This document shows positions 41,710 to 55,232 of a stretch of DNA of 64,000 nucleotides, piece after piece; the stretch's first letter is position 1, and the number at the start of each line of letters is the position of its first letter. The position numbers were made by a program, and so were the translations under genes. The notes under the pieces were generated by a model that saw nothing but the letters and a program-made list of their open reading frames with translations, was not told the origin of the DNA and did not search any database. Source of the stretch: Octopus vulgaris (Eukaryota); contig OX597828.1 in assembly GCA_951406725.2 (NCBI GenBank), positions 22,258,001 to 22,322,000 on the forward strand, given 5' to 3'.

Positions 41710-44700
41710 TTTCATTAGCAAATGCCATGACAAAACAGGGTGGCAGTCAAGAGTATTAATTTTAGAGTTGGGATGTTGTCAAATGCTTGTTGTTCAGTTG
41801 GGTGCCAGTGTGTTTTGGAAAGATATATGTGCAGTATTTTCCTTACTGAAGACGTGAGCATCTTCCCTATTTGGATGCTTTGCGTCAGGTTTCATTGTTC
41901 ATTGTTGTAAACCGATGTTTTTACTGCAGATCGGTTCTCATTACATATATTTTACTACACTCAGGATGATAGATTTGTTGCATAGTTAAACATAGTGGTA
42001 TCGCAGTGTTGGTTATTCATCGTTTATTGCTCTGCTATGTAACACATATTTATTTGGTTTTGATATGATCGTAGCATGCATAGGTATAATTACGTGCAGA
42101 CTTTATATCTAAACAAAAATGGAACGGTTCATAAAATATAAGCAGACCCGCATACACAACACACATGTAAACATCCAGAAATAAACTAATCAACAGCTAC
42201 CACTCCTTATTAATTTGCATTCAACTACTTGTTAATTAGTACATTGTATAACCCAAAGTATTCTGAGTTTTGTATAATGTTCACATTGAGCCACTTTTGT
42301 TTATTTCAAAACCTTAGAGTTATTCATTGCAAATACACAGCAAAATATCAGCTACATCAATTGGAGCTTATGAATAGACGGAAAATCTTCTGCAGCTCGC
42401 AAAACTCTGGCGCCTACTTTATCCGGATTTGAATATCTTCCCCATGATCCTAAAATCCATGGAATCGGAAAATATTCCTCCATCAAAAATATGACTCCAT
42501 TGTCATAGCAACCACCAAAACTCCGGTCAACCTTAAGCTTATATACGATTATTATTGTTAATGAAACGCACTTGAGGGCTGGTATGTCTTGAAGACCTCA
42601 GCACGGACTAATAAATTATTTAGGCTTCTAGAAGCACACGATTCTGCAGGGGATATTAAATGTTAAATGTTAAACTAACACGAAATTTAATCGATCTAAA
42701 GATTAGAAAGGTGACATTGACAATTATCGGAAAATTGTTTATTCTAATTCATTACTCAAAGATCTCTCCACAAAACTGCTGAGTGTTATGTGTGTTAGAG
42801 GCAGTTATACACAGACGACAATACAACCAAATACATACACACATGAAGGAACGTATATTCACATACACATACACGTGTATATATTTCGTCCTTCTTTGAT
42901 GTATTTTCATTCTGTGAAACTGGGGCACCGTTAGTATCATCTGCTTTTCAATGGCCTTTCCTATGTAGTTGTATTGGCTTTTGTTGAACGAGTGACTTTG
43001 ATGTCGTTGCCCTTGATTGAGTTCCTTGCCGTGACATAGGCTCATTTAAGGCCTTGGAACACAGAGAGCCAATGAGATGTTTGAAAACGTCTACTCCTCT
43101 CCATGTAAATCTTTCAGTTATATGTTTTAGATATTTAACAGCTGTGGATATTTGAATCTCAACAATTGGAGTACCTAGTCATTACTCTTGACGTTGAAAG
43201 CATAGTTGAGAGCAGTTGTCCTGACAGCAGAGGACAAATGACTATTGAATCACAGTAGTTTCATGGTCACTTGTTCTGAAACTACCCAGAGTCCATCAGA
43301 CCATCCGTCTACATATTGTCACCGTCTTGGTGATATTTACATGAAATAATGTATCGTTGAACATACCAATCTCAAGAACTGCGATCTATGTTCCTTTTGG
43401 TCGTAAGTATCTATGGTGCTTCATAGCTGATATAGGAAGGGTTGGAATCTTCAAACAATTTTTTTACGTCATCCAAATCTCTCAGTACAAAATTCGCATC
43501 GATTGGGCTACTTTTGTGCCATACGTACGTAGCTAGTAAAAGTGGCTGCCTTGTACTGACATATGAAAGAGCCACTCAAAGATAATTCTGTGAGGAACTC
43601 AACTCAGTATTCATGTCTCTTTGGACAGGAGTCTATTCGCTGCAACTGCTCAACTTCTACCCGTTAAGAAGTCCTGTAAGCTATCAGTTTTTCAACTACG
43701 CCAACTCTACACAATTTGAAAGCATCATCCAGTGATCAAGTTTCTCGAAATAATTTCGAAAAGAGAGATAGATCACATGCAAATTTGATCGATTCATAAA
43801 CTGTGTATACACCCTGTCATAATCCTGTAGAAGCTGTATATTGATATATACCTACCTGCATAAATACATACAATCATACACACACACACACAAACATACG
43901 CATACTCTCACACATATACATACATATGTATGTGTATGTGTGCGTATGCACGCATGTATGTATACACAAATATACAAGCATATATTCATATACTTGCGTG
44001 CATATAATGTTCAATTACAGCCGCTACGCTTACTAGACAAAATGACTCTTACGTCCAGCAGTCTCTCCTAACATCAAATCACAGAGGAAAAGTTAATATT
44101 GCCTTCATTACTGAGACGTTCATATGATATCACCGCTGGGTGATGTAAATAACGGAAAAATCTTTGCGAAGCTAATTAAGGGAAAAGGGACAGAAAATTT
44201 AATGGATTTTTGGATCGAACACAGTGCGATTATGGCTATAGATATACATGTTTAAAAGTAATATTGCGTACATATACACGTTCAAACACACGCGCGCGCA
44301 CACACACACACTCAAGCCACATATGCATATATATATACACACACATATATGTGAGTGCGTTTGTATATATATATATATATATTATATATATAATATATAT
44401 ATATATATATTATATATATAATATATATATATATGTATATATTTTGTATCCATATCTTCGTGTATATATATAAGTACTTATAGATATATATATTTATATA
44501 TATGTATATATGTGTATGTATATGCAACATGATTGATGGTAGGCTCCTCATTCCCAACCAAGTGTACTTGTAGAGATGAACCATCTTATGCGCATAAAAC
44601 ACATTAGGCAATGTTGGATAATACAGGGGCTATTATCGAAATATCTACTTTGAGAAAAGAGATGACTATACGCGTATGTGCACATACATACATATATACA

Positions 44701-45554
44701 CACATACAACACACACACACACATATATATATGATCATATATATTACTTCGACTTAATCGTTAGAATTTCTATTTAAGACCACGCCTTTCCTATTTGTAT
44801 ATGCAAATATACAGTGGTATTGCAATATATTCTCATTATCATACCCACACACACATATATCATTGCTATAATGTTAAACTGTCGTATGTCCAGATTTAGC
44901 CACATGCATTTCTTTTCAATATTTAATTTTGCTCGCAACAGAGGGTTCTTTTGATCAAACTCTCGTATCGCCAGCTGCTCCGGATGCGAAAATATGAATA
45001 TTGTCGAAGTGTAGTAAAACGCTTTAGCAATTTTGAAAAGTCCCGCATACGACAGATATTTCAGACTGGAAATATCATACATGCACGGAGTTACGATTAT
45101 GTGTACCCAACAATGTATTATTGTTAAACTGAAACTGTTACTAATGCAAAAACAAATGGAATGGTGAAGGTATTTTTTTCGTTTTCTGACCAAGCAACGT
45201 TTTTTAATTACGACACTTTTGCATAATAAAAACACACACACATACATACACACACACACACGCACATATATAAATGAGTAACGAAGACGAACATGTATCA
45301 ATTCATGTCGTTTCAAGCGACTCCTTTAATTGACTACTGAAAACATTACATCATTTCTCGTCAGCGTTCTCGTCAGATGGCCGCATAGATTTCAAACATA
45401 AATGATAAAACCATTGCTTTAACAAGTTCACATCACAAATGGAACACAAAATACTTACGTTCTTTCTGTTGTCAATATCTCTGTAAGAATGAGTTTAGAA
45501 AGAAAGGCAAGTCTGATATAATTCAGAGATTAGCAGTGGAGATAGTGGGGGTAA

Positions 45555-45914
45555 GGAGGCGCAATGGCCCAGTGGTTAGGGCAGCGGACTCGCGGTCGTA
45601 GGATCGCTGTTTCGATTCCCAGACCGGGCGTTGTGAGTGTTTATTGAGCGAAAACACCTAAAAAGCTCCACGAGGCTCCGGCAGGGATGGTGGTGATCCC
45701 TGCTGTACTCTTACTTGCTGTTTCTGTTGTACCTGTATTTCAAAAGGGCCGGCCTTGTCACTCTCTGTGTCACGCTGAATATCCCCGAGAACTACGTTAA
45801 GGGTACACGTATCTGTGGAGTGCTCAGCCACTTACACGTTAATTTCACGAGCAGCCTGTTCCGTTGATCGGATCAACCGGAACCCTCGTCGTCGTAACCG
45901 ACGCAGTGCTTCCC
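45555..45914 (+). mobile_element. SINE-C (tRNA head) with tail 2
   Basis: ggaggcgcaatggcccagtggttagg (A box) and gtttcgattccc (B box). Perfect 11-bp TSD agtgggggtaa (45544-54 and 45915-25). Confidence 0.94.
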
Positions 45915-46049
45915 AGTGGGGGTAACGATAAAAAGTTTGGTGACCTAGTTACTTGCACTTGGAAGACAATGTGTAGAATGCAGGATCAAATCAATTGGTA
46001 GTTGTCAACTGTATTCTACATAATGGTGATGAATCAATGAAATCGTGAT

Positions 46050-46492
<443 letters not shown>

Positions 46493-46506
46493 ATATATAT
46501 ATATAT

Positions 46507-46717
46507 AATGATAGAAATGGTAAGACAACAAAAGAATGAAAGAGACCTCGATATTATGAAAAGAGAGGAATTTATCTATAAATATAGTATGTGACAGTTA
46601 TAAAACTTATCAGGCCCTCGACGAAAAGATTTTTTCGATGGTCCGATAACTGAAGAGATGTCGGCATGGCTTTTCGCCCCGACATCCGAAACTCGGAGTT
46701 TTATCATGGCTACATAT

Positions 46718-46721
<4 letters not shown>
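46507..46721 (+). mobile_element. Penelope-like pLTR remnant with hammerhead and partial inverted tail
   Basis: Contains the hammerhead at 46645-46705. 46580-46608 resembles the reverse complement of 46697-46721. Flanked by (TA)n and (CA)n(TA)n. Confidence 0.68.
46645..46705 (+). ncRNA. Minimal type I hammerhead ribozyme motif
   Basis: Stem I gataa/ttatc; core CTGAAGA; stem II gatgtcgg/ccgacatc (+1 C); GAAA; quasi-palindromic stem III ctc-g-gag; U-U cleavage site at 46699-46700. Confidence 0.82.
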
Positions 46722-46790
<69 letters not shown>

Positions 46791-46796
<6 letters not shown>

Positions 46797-47030
46797 GAAT
46801 TTACAAAAGACAAAAGACGAAGTTTAACGCTCGGGAAGTGAGAAAGAGTTTTACGTCTCAAGTCTATGCTCTTCAATAGAAAGGAGCATAGAAATAAACA
46901 AGGAGAGAGAATATAATAAAGGTTTAGTAGCTAGCGAGCCATCTTGGTTAATACCGGACAGAAGGGTCACATAGGAGACCTAGGAAGAAGGGAATATAAT
47001 AAATTAGCGGTGATTCCAAAACAAAGGTGC
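46791..47030 (-). mobile_element. Second copy of the 24045-24183 repeat family, abutting (TA)n
   Basis: Minus strand reads cttt-ctattga-a-gagc-atag-actt-gaga-cg-ta-aaac...cccgagcgttaaact...aattctcacta then (TA)n. Confidence 0.6.
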
Positions 47031-48814
47031 GCGTGCGTGTATATATGACAGGCTATATCAAAATACTATATACAAAAACAAAAAAAAAAACGCAAACGAA
47101 CCTTCAATGTCCAGTTATCTACCTTCGCGATCTCGTTATTAGGAAGGAAAATAAAAATAATAAAAAGAAGAAAATTAAGTCATGTGATAAAGTGATAAGG
47201 ACAGGCTATAATAGTGATTGTCAACTATTTATTTGAAGGGGATTTAAAGGAACTTCTGTTTGATATAACAATACATTTGGTTTTTCCTGCAGTAGAATCT
47301 TTTAGAATCCTTTTATGACTGCCTAGCGTGTATATAGTTTCTTAAAAATAAGTTAGTAAAGTCTCCCCCACATACATTTACCTTTTTATATACTCACATA
47401 GTTATCTAATGTAGTTGTTGAAAATAATTTTATACATGCATATGCACACATATATATCTATTTACATATGCATACAGCTTACATACAAAATATGTACGCA
47501 TAATATACACTTGCATACGCACATATATTTTTATATATGCACATATATATATACGACTTACATACAGAATATATACAGAGTATATACACAGGAATACATG
47601 CATATGCACTCACTAATACACACACTAACCCCCACACACACATCTCCTCCCCCCATATATATAAACTCACTCAAGAAAATATATTCCGAGAGATACGAGA
47701 ATGAACGAAATGAACGAGCGTATATTTATTGTATTATCGTTAAACTTGTGATGCGCATTGATAACACTTTCGCAGGAGGACCAACCAAATTTTCGATGAC
47801 GTAACGCTGAATATATACGAGACAGGTGTAAACAACTTATCTCTATATATATATTACCATGAAGGAAAGAAGAATTACAATTTTCCCCGACTGCTTAAAT
47901 AATCGGTTGGAATTTAACCGGAAAACGATTATCTTCTTTGCTTGTTAAATCCGCTTTTATTAAGGCATTAGAAAACAAAAATGGTTGTGTGTTATAAAAA
48001 TATCTTTATATACCCGCCTGTCTGTCTGTCTGTCATAAACAAAAAACGCGAAAAAAATATTAATCAAGATACCTAGAACTCCTAGTCACGTTCAACTCTG
48101 CGAAGATAGCAATTTCCTTCAAGGACAAATTGGAACAATGAGAAAACGAGATGCAAAAGATTTGCAGTCGAAAGCTAATGAAACACATGCACCCATCATC
48201 AGCTGCCTAATGTTTATCATTATGTTTTTGATGCCTGGCTAGTACCACTGATATTCGCGTATTGTATGTGTGTGTATCTATGCAGTATATGTTGATAGGT
48301 ATCTTTGCATGTATACCTGTGTGTACCTACGTATATGCATGTGTTGCGGTTAACAGGCACAAAGTTTTTATCATCTAACTGCGTTCATTAAGTATTATGT
48401 CAGGCTTGGAAATTCACAAAATAACTACGTTATCAATGCACACCTGAGTTACATCTCTAACATTTGAAATACTTATTTGCCGAAATGCCGTTGCAGGATT
48501 ACATTTTCCTTGCAAAACTTAAATAATGGAAGCGTAATAAATTTTCGGCATTATATTAAGATAAATATATTTCCAGAGAAATAAGAATCAGGCCTACTTT
48601 ACGTTGCTGTGCAGATTTAATACAAGACTCATAATAATCAAATGGATACCTTCAGGGCAGCGGTTAAATGACGTTGAAAGTATTCATGATCGTTATGGAT
48701 CGACAGGAGTGCTGTATATACCAGTAATCTATATAATCATGTGAATACATATATGTACCTAGGTATATATATAGGTGTGTGTGTATATATATATACGTGT
48801 ACGCATATTCATAA

Positions 48815-48842
<28 letters not shown>

Positions 48843-48845
<3 letters not shown>

Positions 48846-48898
48846 AGATTGTAAATAAAACGTGAAAATCAGACAAGGTTGGAATTCTTTTTATAAAT
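48843..48898 (+). mobile_element. Truncated solo tail of the 62761-63081 element, embedded in (TA)n
   Basis: ataagattgtaaataaaacgtgaaaatcagacaaggttggaattc is identical to 63024-63068, with (TA)n on both sides. Confidence 0.9.
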
Positions 48899-48915
48899 AT
48901 ATATATATATATATA

Positions 48916-48953
<38 letters not shown>

Positions 48954-50291
48954 CACTCGTAAATGTGCGTGTGCATATATGTATATAAAAAGGTTTGTGC
49001 ATATGTAAATATATGAGCGTGCGCCCACACACACACAAACATGCGCACACCAGGTTAAACAATCACACATACGCACATGTAACAAGTCATCTATCTGATT
49101 ATGTAAATATCTATCTATCTATCTAACTATTTATCTATCAATCTATTTATCTATCTGTCTTTCTGTCTACCACTCTCTCTGTATATATATATATAAATAG
49201 ATGGATATATATATACATAAATGCACACGCAAAAGTACATACAGTCATAAACACATACATGTATAATACACACACATGTATTTAGCATATATATGTATAT
49301 ATATGTATATATATATGTGTGTATGCATGTGTGTGTCTGTAAATATTAATATATGCCCACGTATGTATGCTTTTATTATGTTTATATGCATTCATATGTG
49401 TGTATATATATATATATATTTTTTTTTTCAAATATACATGAATATACACTACATATACATATATGCGTGTATATATGTATTTAGTATATGTATGTGCATG
49501 TATATATGTATATATAAATGTGTATATTTGTGTTTGCATATATAATTGCTTCTGTAAGCGTATATAAGTGCGTGCGCGAATAAAGCTTTCAATATACCGT
49601 TTACAAAACAAAACAGTAATATTTACTCATGATTATATTTATTAACATATTAAAAGTCTGTCATATCGATGTGTATTATCGTATCTGTTGACAGGCTGGC
49701 GGCTTTTATATCGTTGCACACAAACGACAACCATTTACCGCAAATTAATCCTTTTAGTTTTATATCCAAATAATATTTTATTAAAATATATTGAAAATAA
49801 TCAATGGCATCTTTTTAAAAAAGCCACTGAACTTGATGAACTTTTATTTCGTTTCATTATGTTAGACTTCCCACTGAGAAATCCGTATTAGATGGATGTA
49901 TTATGAAATGAAAGTACGTTGCGATATACTGTAAACACCCTTATCGGTTATATATTATTTTGAGAATTGGATTAGAAAATAACGAAGCGCCGCTAGTTAT
50001 GTTGCAGTATGTAGTGTTGTGTAAATAAAAGGATGCAATTTACATTGATAACAACAGAAGTGAAAGATCCTAAACACACACGTACACTTTATTACACAAA
50101 ACACATACACGCACACATACATACACAAATACACACAAGTGTGAATGTATGTATGTATGTATGCATGCATGTATTTATGCATGCATATATATGTGAGCGT
50201 ACAGTTTCTCATGTATATAGATAAATGGTATGTTTTGTAGAGTACATACGTATGACTGTGTACTTCCACATCTGCTTCAATGAATGTAAAT

Positions 50292-50323
<32 letters not shown>

Positions 50324-50364
50324 CATATACTACATATATATACATATATGTATATATGTTTTAG

Positions 50365-50402
<38 letters not shown>

Positions 50403-50432
50403 AGATAAGTAACAAGGATGTCAAGGTGTTAG

Positions 50433-50502
50433 ACCTTTACGGCCGTTTCAGGCGGCTCCATTTAATCAATCAATTTGAAATGCACCGCCTTCTTCGGATG
50501 CA
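50433..50502 (-). ncRNA. Hammerhead ribozyme motif, CCGAAGA core variant (left arm)
   Basis: Minus strand reads tgcat-CCGAAGA-aggcgg...ccgcct-GAAA-cggccg-TA. The 3' strand of stem I is decayed. Confidence 0.72.
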
Positions 50503-50672
50503 TAAGATGATATCGGTTTTCAGCATACAGGATACTCCCTTATAATTGCTTAGCAAAATTTTTCACCAGAACTTGAGAACGAAAGAATCACATTCTAATA
50601 ATAGTAGTCCTGACGAAACATTTTTTGTAAGCGATTACAAAGGTGTATCCTGTATGTTGAAAACCTTTCTTA

Positions 50673-50759
50673 TGCTTCCGATGAGGTCGGTTTATTTCAA
50701 ATTGATATGATGCTTGCAGTGATCGAATAAATGGAGTCGCCTGAAACGGCCGTGATGCA
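50673..50759 (+). ncRNA. Hammerhead ribozyme motif, decayed (right arm)
   Basis: tgctt-CCGATGA-ggtcgg...tcgcct-GAAA-cggccg-TG-atgca. The cleavage-site base is G, so it is probably inactive. Confidence 0.65.
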
Positions 50760-50880
50760 CTGATACCTTAATATCCTTGTTAGTTATTTGCTTTTCATTC
50801 ACTTTAATCCGAACTGTGTGGAAAATACGGAACTGATTTGGTACCTCTGCTTAAGTACCTAATTCACCTGAATCTTTACC

Positions 50881-50939
<59 letters not shown>

Positions 50940-50940
<1 letters not shown>

Positions 50941-51016
50941 TACAGAGAGGAGTGGACAGCGTGCTGTGACCAGCGGTGTCAAATGGACGCCTGATGGACT
51001 GGTCGGTCAAGGTGAT
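50940..51016 (+). mobile_element. Extreme 3' end of a probable RTE-like LINE in (TA)n
   Basis: Translates REEWTACCDQRCQMDA* (DRxxW-like C-terminus). The 3' end ctgatggactggtcggtcaaggtgat(AT)n matches SINE-C tail 3. Confidence 0.55.
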
Positions 51017-51621
51017 ATATATATAATGTATGTATAACTTCGTCTCTTACGAATAGGTAACGAGTGCTCAGTACATATATAGCGTTAGTGGATGTTTTTC
51101 TTTTACCGAGAATGAGACACAATGTAGAGTTACTGAGATCTTTAGATGAGATTAAATTAATCAATCGATCAGTCAATCTATCTGTCTATCTATTCATCTA
51201 TCTATCTATCTGTCATCTAATGTTTAATGTACTATAAGAAAAGCTACTAAGAATTTCTTCTCTAAAGGAACATGTTGAAGCACGAAAGGAAAGAAAATAA
51301 TTAGAATCACGTCCCTTGTGATCATAGAACTCATAATTAACCTAGTTGTTTCGTTTCTTCGGTTTTTTTTTCCGTGTTTTGATTTAGCCTCTGTCATTTC
51401 ATTCCACATTTTGCACCAACATTCCTCTCATTTCGTATTTTTTCTCGTGGTTTCTCATGTAACAGTTTCCTGAGTTTTAAATAGAACAAAAATTTCTCTG
51501 AGAGTGTGGTTTGCTTGGCGCCATAAGTCACGTTATAAAACATGCGTAACTACGTGTTTTAATGGCAAGAAAATATCATAAGCTTTTATTTTAATACAGT
51601 ATACATAAAATATTTCTTTTT

Positions 51622-52005
51622 TTTCTCTTTGTTTCAGTCATTTGACTGCGGCCATGCTGGAGGAAATCGACCTCAGGACTTATGCCTAGTACTTATTCTA
51701 TCGGTCTCTTTAATCGCACCGCTAATTACGGGGACGTAAACACACCACCATCGGTTGTCAAGCGATGTTAGGGGTACAAACACAGACACACAAACACAGA
51801 CACAGACACACACACACACATACACACACTCATATATATACATATATACGATAGGCTTCTTTCAGCTTCTGTCTACCAAATCCACTCACTAGGCTTTGGT
51901 CGGCCCGAGGCCTTAGTAGAAGATACTTGCCCAAAGTGCCACGCAGTGGGCCTGAACCCAGAACCATGTGGCTGGTAAGCAACTACTTACGACACAGCGC
52001 CACTG
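51622..52005 (-). mobile_element. SINE-A, near full length
   Basis: tgtttcagtcatttgactgcggccatgctggag...ccatgtggctggtaagcaactacttac. Confidence 0.9.
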
Positions 52006-52078
52006 ACACATATATTTATATATTATATACATACACACACACATACATACATACATACATACATACATACATGCATAT

Positions 52079-52153
<75 letters not shown>

Positions 52154-52155
<2 letters not shown>

Positions 52156-53933
52156 AGACAAATTAAAACAGCCTCAGTATGCTGCAAAATAGGACCCATC
52201 TTCCAAAAGGATGACTCCCCCACAGATAACCCAACTAGGAACAATGAGGTACTGAAAAACCAGTTCAAAAGTATCTTTACCACACTGTTAGAACACAGAC
52301 CAGTGAATTTCTTTGCCCTCTCACCTATAACCAGCAAGGCAGTTACGATGGATTACATCAACTTTGGTGAAGAAGATATAATGCTAACCAACTCAACTGC
52401 TGACCCTGATGGTTTCCCAGCAATCTTATTCAAATTGTGTAAACGTGCCCTGGCGAACTCACTATAGATTTTCATCCCAAGTTTTCTTGCAACTGGTTAG
52501 CTGCCAAGCAAACTGAAGGAGGGAATAATATGCTCAATCAATAAAGGAGCAAGCTGAGTAGATGCCAAATATTATAGGCCTATCTCTCTGACATCACTCA
52601 TCAGCAAAGGCATGGAACGAATATTCAGAGAGAAACTAATTCCTCGAAGAAAATGACTTGCTGAGTGATACCCAGCATGGTTATCGGCCAGGTAGGAGCT
52701 GCTTGTCTCAGCTCCTGCAGCACTACGATTGGGTGATGATTTTGGAAATGCTTTTGATAGAGTTGATTATGGTATATGTCACAAACGGCCTGATCTTCGC
52801 ATAGCTGGAAAACTTGGAGAGTGGTTAAATGACTTTCTGAGAGATAGATGTCAGGCAGTGGTGGCCAATGGAGCCACCTCAAAGAAAACACAAATAGTGA
52901 GTAGTGTTCCATAGGGTACTGTCCTGGGACTGCTGCTTTTCATTGTGGTCCTTTCAGACATGCCCTCAGCAGCCCGGATCACCACCCTTGCTAGCTACGC
53001 AGATGATACGAATGACTCGCAGGAAATACGAAACCCTAGCGATGTTGCAAGCCTGCAACATGAGTTGAACCTAGTTTACAGATGAACTGAAAACAGTAAA
53101 TACAGTTTAATACTGGAATATTCGAGCCCCGCTCTACCAGCGGCCAAAACTGAATGTAAACATTTCAGGGTTCATTGGCCCAGGGGATATTACAATCGCA
53201 GAACCTTAATCCGTGCGAGACCTGTGTATCGACATCAGTGAGGATACCACTTTCTAAGTGCACATTACCAAGAAAGTGACAATATACAGATGGATGGCAG
53301 AGAGAAGGACACTATTATGGTCCTCTGGAGGACACTCGTCCTCAGCTGTCTGGACCACTGTTCCCAATATGGTCACCTCACAGTGTTAAATTAACAGCGG
53401 GACTTCAAGCAATCCAGCGAAGCTTCACAAAGAAGATCGTCTCATTGCAACAGCTCAGCTACTGGGAGAGGTAGAAACAGCTAAGACTCTATTCCTGGAG
53501 CGAAGGTGGGAGATATATGCAGCAATATAAATCAGGAAGAGATTGTGCCAACTTTTGGCATTGAAAGTTAGACAAATGCTAGAACGGGTCTCTACTGCAC
53601 AAAGCCAAACTTACCAGCAATACGCTTCAGGACCAATTACTGCAACAATCTGTGTTTTAGGGACACACAGCTTTGTAATATTCTCGTTAAGAGCCTAAAG
53701 GATATATGCAAAATGGATGTAGGTGTTTTCAAATCAAAATTGGATCGTTTCCTGTCGAGATCATCAGATGAATCTACACTGCAGTACGAGGCGCAAATGA
53801 GGTCAGCGACATCAAACTCCCCTATTCATCAAATCCCACATATCAGAGGAGGCTCGCAATAATAACAGTGTAACAAAACGGCGGTGCTCTAGTATGACCT
53901 CAGGTTTGAGCTGAAATTGATAAAATAAATAAA
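52154..53933 (+). mobile_element. 5'-truncated CR1/L2-group LINE, reverse transcriptase pseudogene
   Basis: IGPI..., LKNQFKSIFT, PDGFPAILFK, YRPISLTS, QHGYRPGRSCLSQLL, DFGNAFDRVD, VP*GTVLGLLLF and YADD (52996-53007), with many stops and frameshifts. (AAAT) tail. Confidence 0.93.
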
Positions 53934-54021
53934 TCTGTATGTAATATATGTAATATACGTACATAGTATTATATATATATATATATGTACATAATTTCAT
54001 GTATGTATGTATGTATGTATG

Positions 54022-54060
<39 letters not shown>

Positions 54061-54738
54061 GCACACAGAAAACAGTCTCTATTGTAAACTATTTAAGTGT
54101 TGTAATACAGACATATCTATTGGTTTACTAGACACTGTTAATTCAATTCTTTGTTAATCTTAATTATAGAAATATCAAATCAAATGTTTAAATATTTCAT
54201 TGTGCTACTGGTGTATAGAATACAGAATCTGATAAATACAAAACAGATATAATAAAGAAAATAACAGGAAAACAACGTACATAACCTGACAATTACATTT
54301 AGGATCCAATTGATATTAGCGCTTCTAGACACGGCAATATATTCTATCAAAGTCATTATTTACCTGCAAACGTTATGTCGTAACTTAACTGGCAGGTATT
54401 CAACACTAGCACCTTCCTACCCTACGCTTGACAAACACCAGAGAGAAGGTAATCTTTATGCTACTCAGTGGTATATATATACACATATACATGCGTTTGT
54501 CTGTGTATGTGTATGTGTGCGTATGTATTGTGCATGTATGTATAAATGCATGTATGCCCGTATACATAGATGTTTTTCTAAAATGCGTCTGTGCAAAAAC
54601 AGTTGAACTCCAAGCAGGATTGAAAATGTATGTCTATACTGTTCATGTTTATAAGAAAACGAATTACATGTATGTATGTATGTATTTATGTATGTATGTA
54701 TTTATATATGTATGTATGTATGTAATGTATGCATTTAT

Positions 54739-54891
54739 GGAGACGCAATGGCCAAGTGGTTAAGGCAGCGAACTCGCTTCGTAGGATCGCGGTTTCGATT
54801 CCCAGACCGGGCGTTGTGGGTGTTTATTGAGCAACAACATCTAAAGCTCCACGAAGTTCCGGCAAGGGGTGGTGGCAAACCGTACTGTACT
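54739..54891 (+). mobile_element. SINE-C head only
   Basis: ggagacgcaatggccaagtggttaagg...ggtttcgattcccagaccgggcgttgtg...aagctccacga. Confidence 0.88.
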
Positions 54892-54892
54892 A

Positions 54893-55232
54893 TATGTGCA
54901 GATTTATATGCTGGATTTCATGTATGTATCCTCATGCATATAGTTGCATATCTAGACATGCTCATATATATATTTAAATGATAAACTTCTTTAAAGTTTT
55001 ACACATTTTTACAGTTCCAGTGATGGATTGGATCTGTAGTCATCGAATTAGCTTTCTCCTCTCTGGTTTTGAGAAACCTAATTTCTCAAGATTGTTATTT
55101 AGGTAGTGTATTACATATCCCAGGGCCCTGATAATTACAGGTATAAACCTGAACCTCTAATCTTGATAGTGAATCTTCAGATTTCTCAATAGTTCATCGT
55201 AGGTGTTCTCTTTTTCACGGATCATCAGCGTC
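54893..55232 (-). mobile_element. RLE-type (R4-like) non-LTR retrotransposon 3' fragment abutting (CATA)n
   Basis: Minus strand EKENTYDELLRNL...FIPVIIRALGYV...NLEKLGFSKPERRKLIR*LQIQSITGTV. The 5' truncation joins (TATG)n at 55233. Confidence 0.8.

Larger units (their letters stand above)
50400..50884 (+). mobile_element. Inverted-repeat element with a hammerhead motif in each arm (Penelope-like pLTR remnant) in (TA)n
   Basis: 50402-50572 is the diverged reverse complement of about 50607-50790, with (TA)n on both sides. Confidence 0.8.

Noticed and set aside
41845-41897. Hairpin agcatc/gatgct flanked by ctgaaga (plus) and ctgacg (minus)
   Set aside because: There is no correctly placed GAAA or stem I on either strand; at best a heavily decayed remnant.
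44774-45316. 180-aa minus-strand ORF
   Set aside because: It starts and ends in microsatellite-derived sequence and has no recognisable motif.
45555-45630. tRNA gene (also 46183, 54739, 8720-8795, 11297)
   Set aside because: A and B boxes are present, but they continue into SINE bodies, several with TSDs, and form no convincing cloverleaf.
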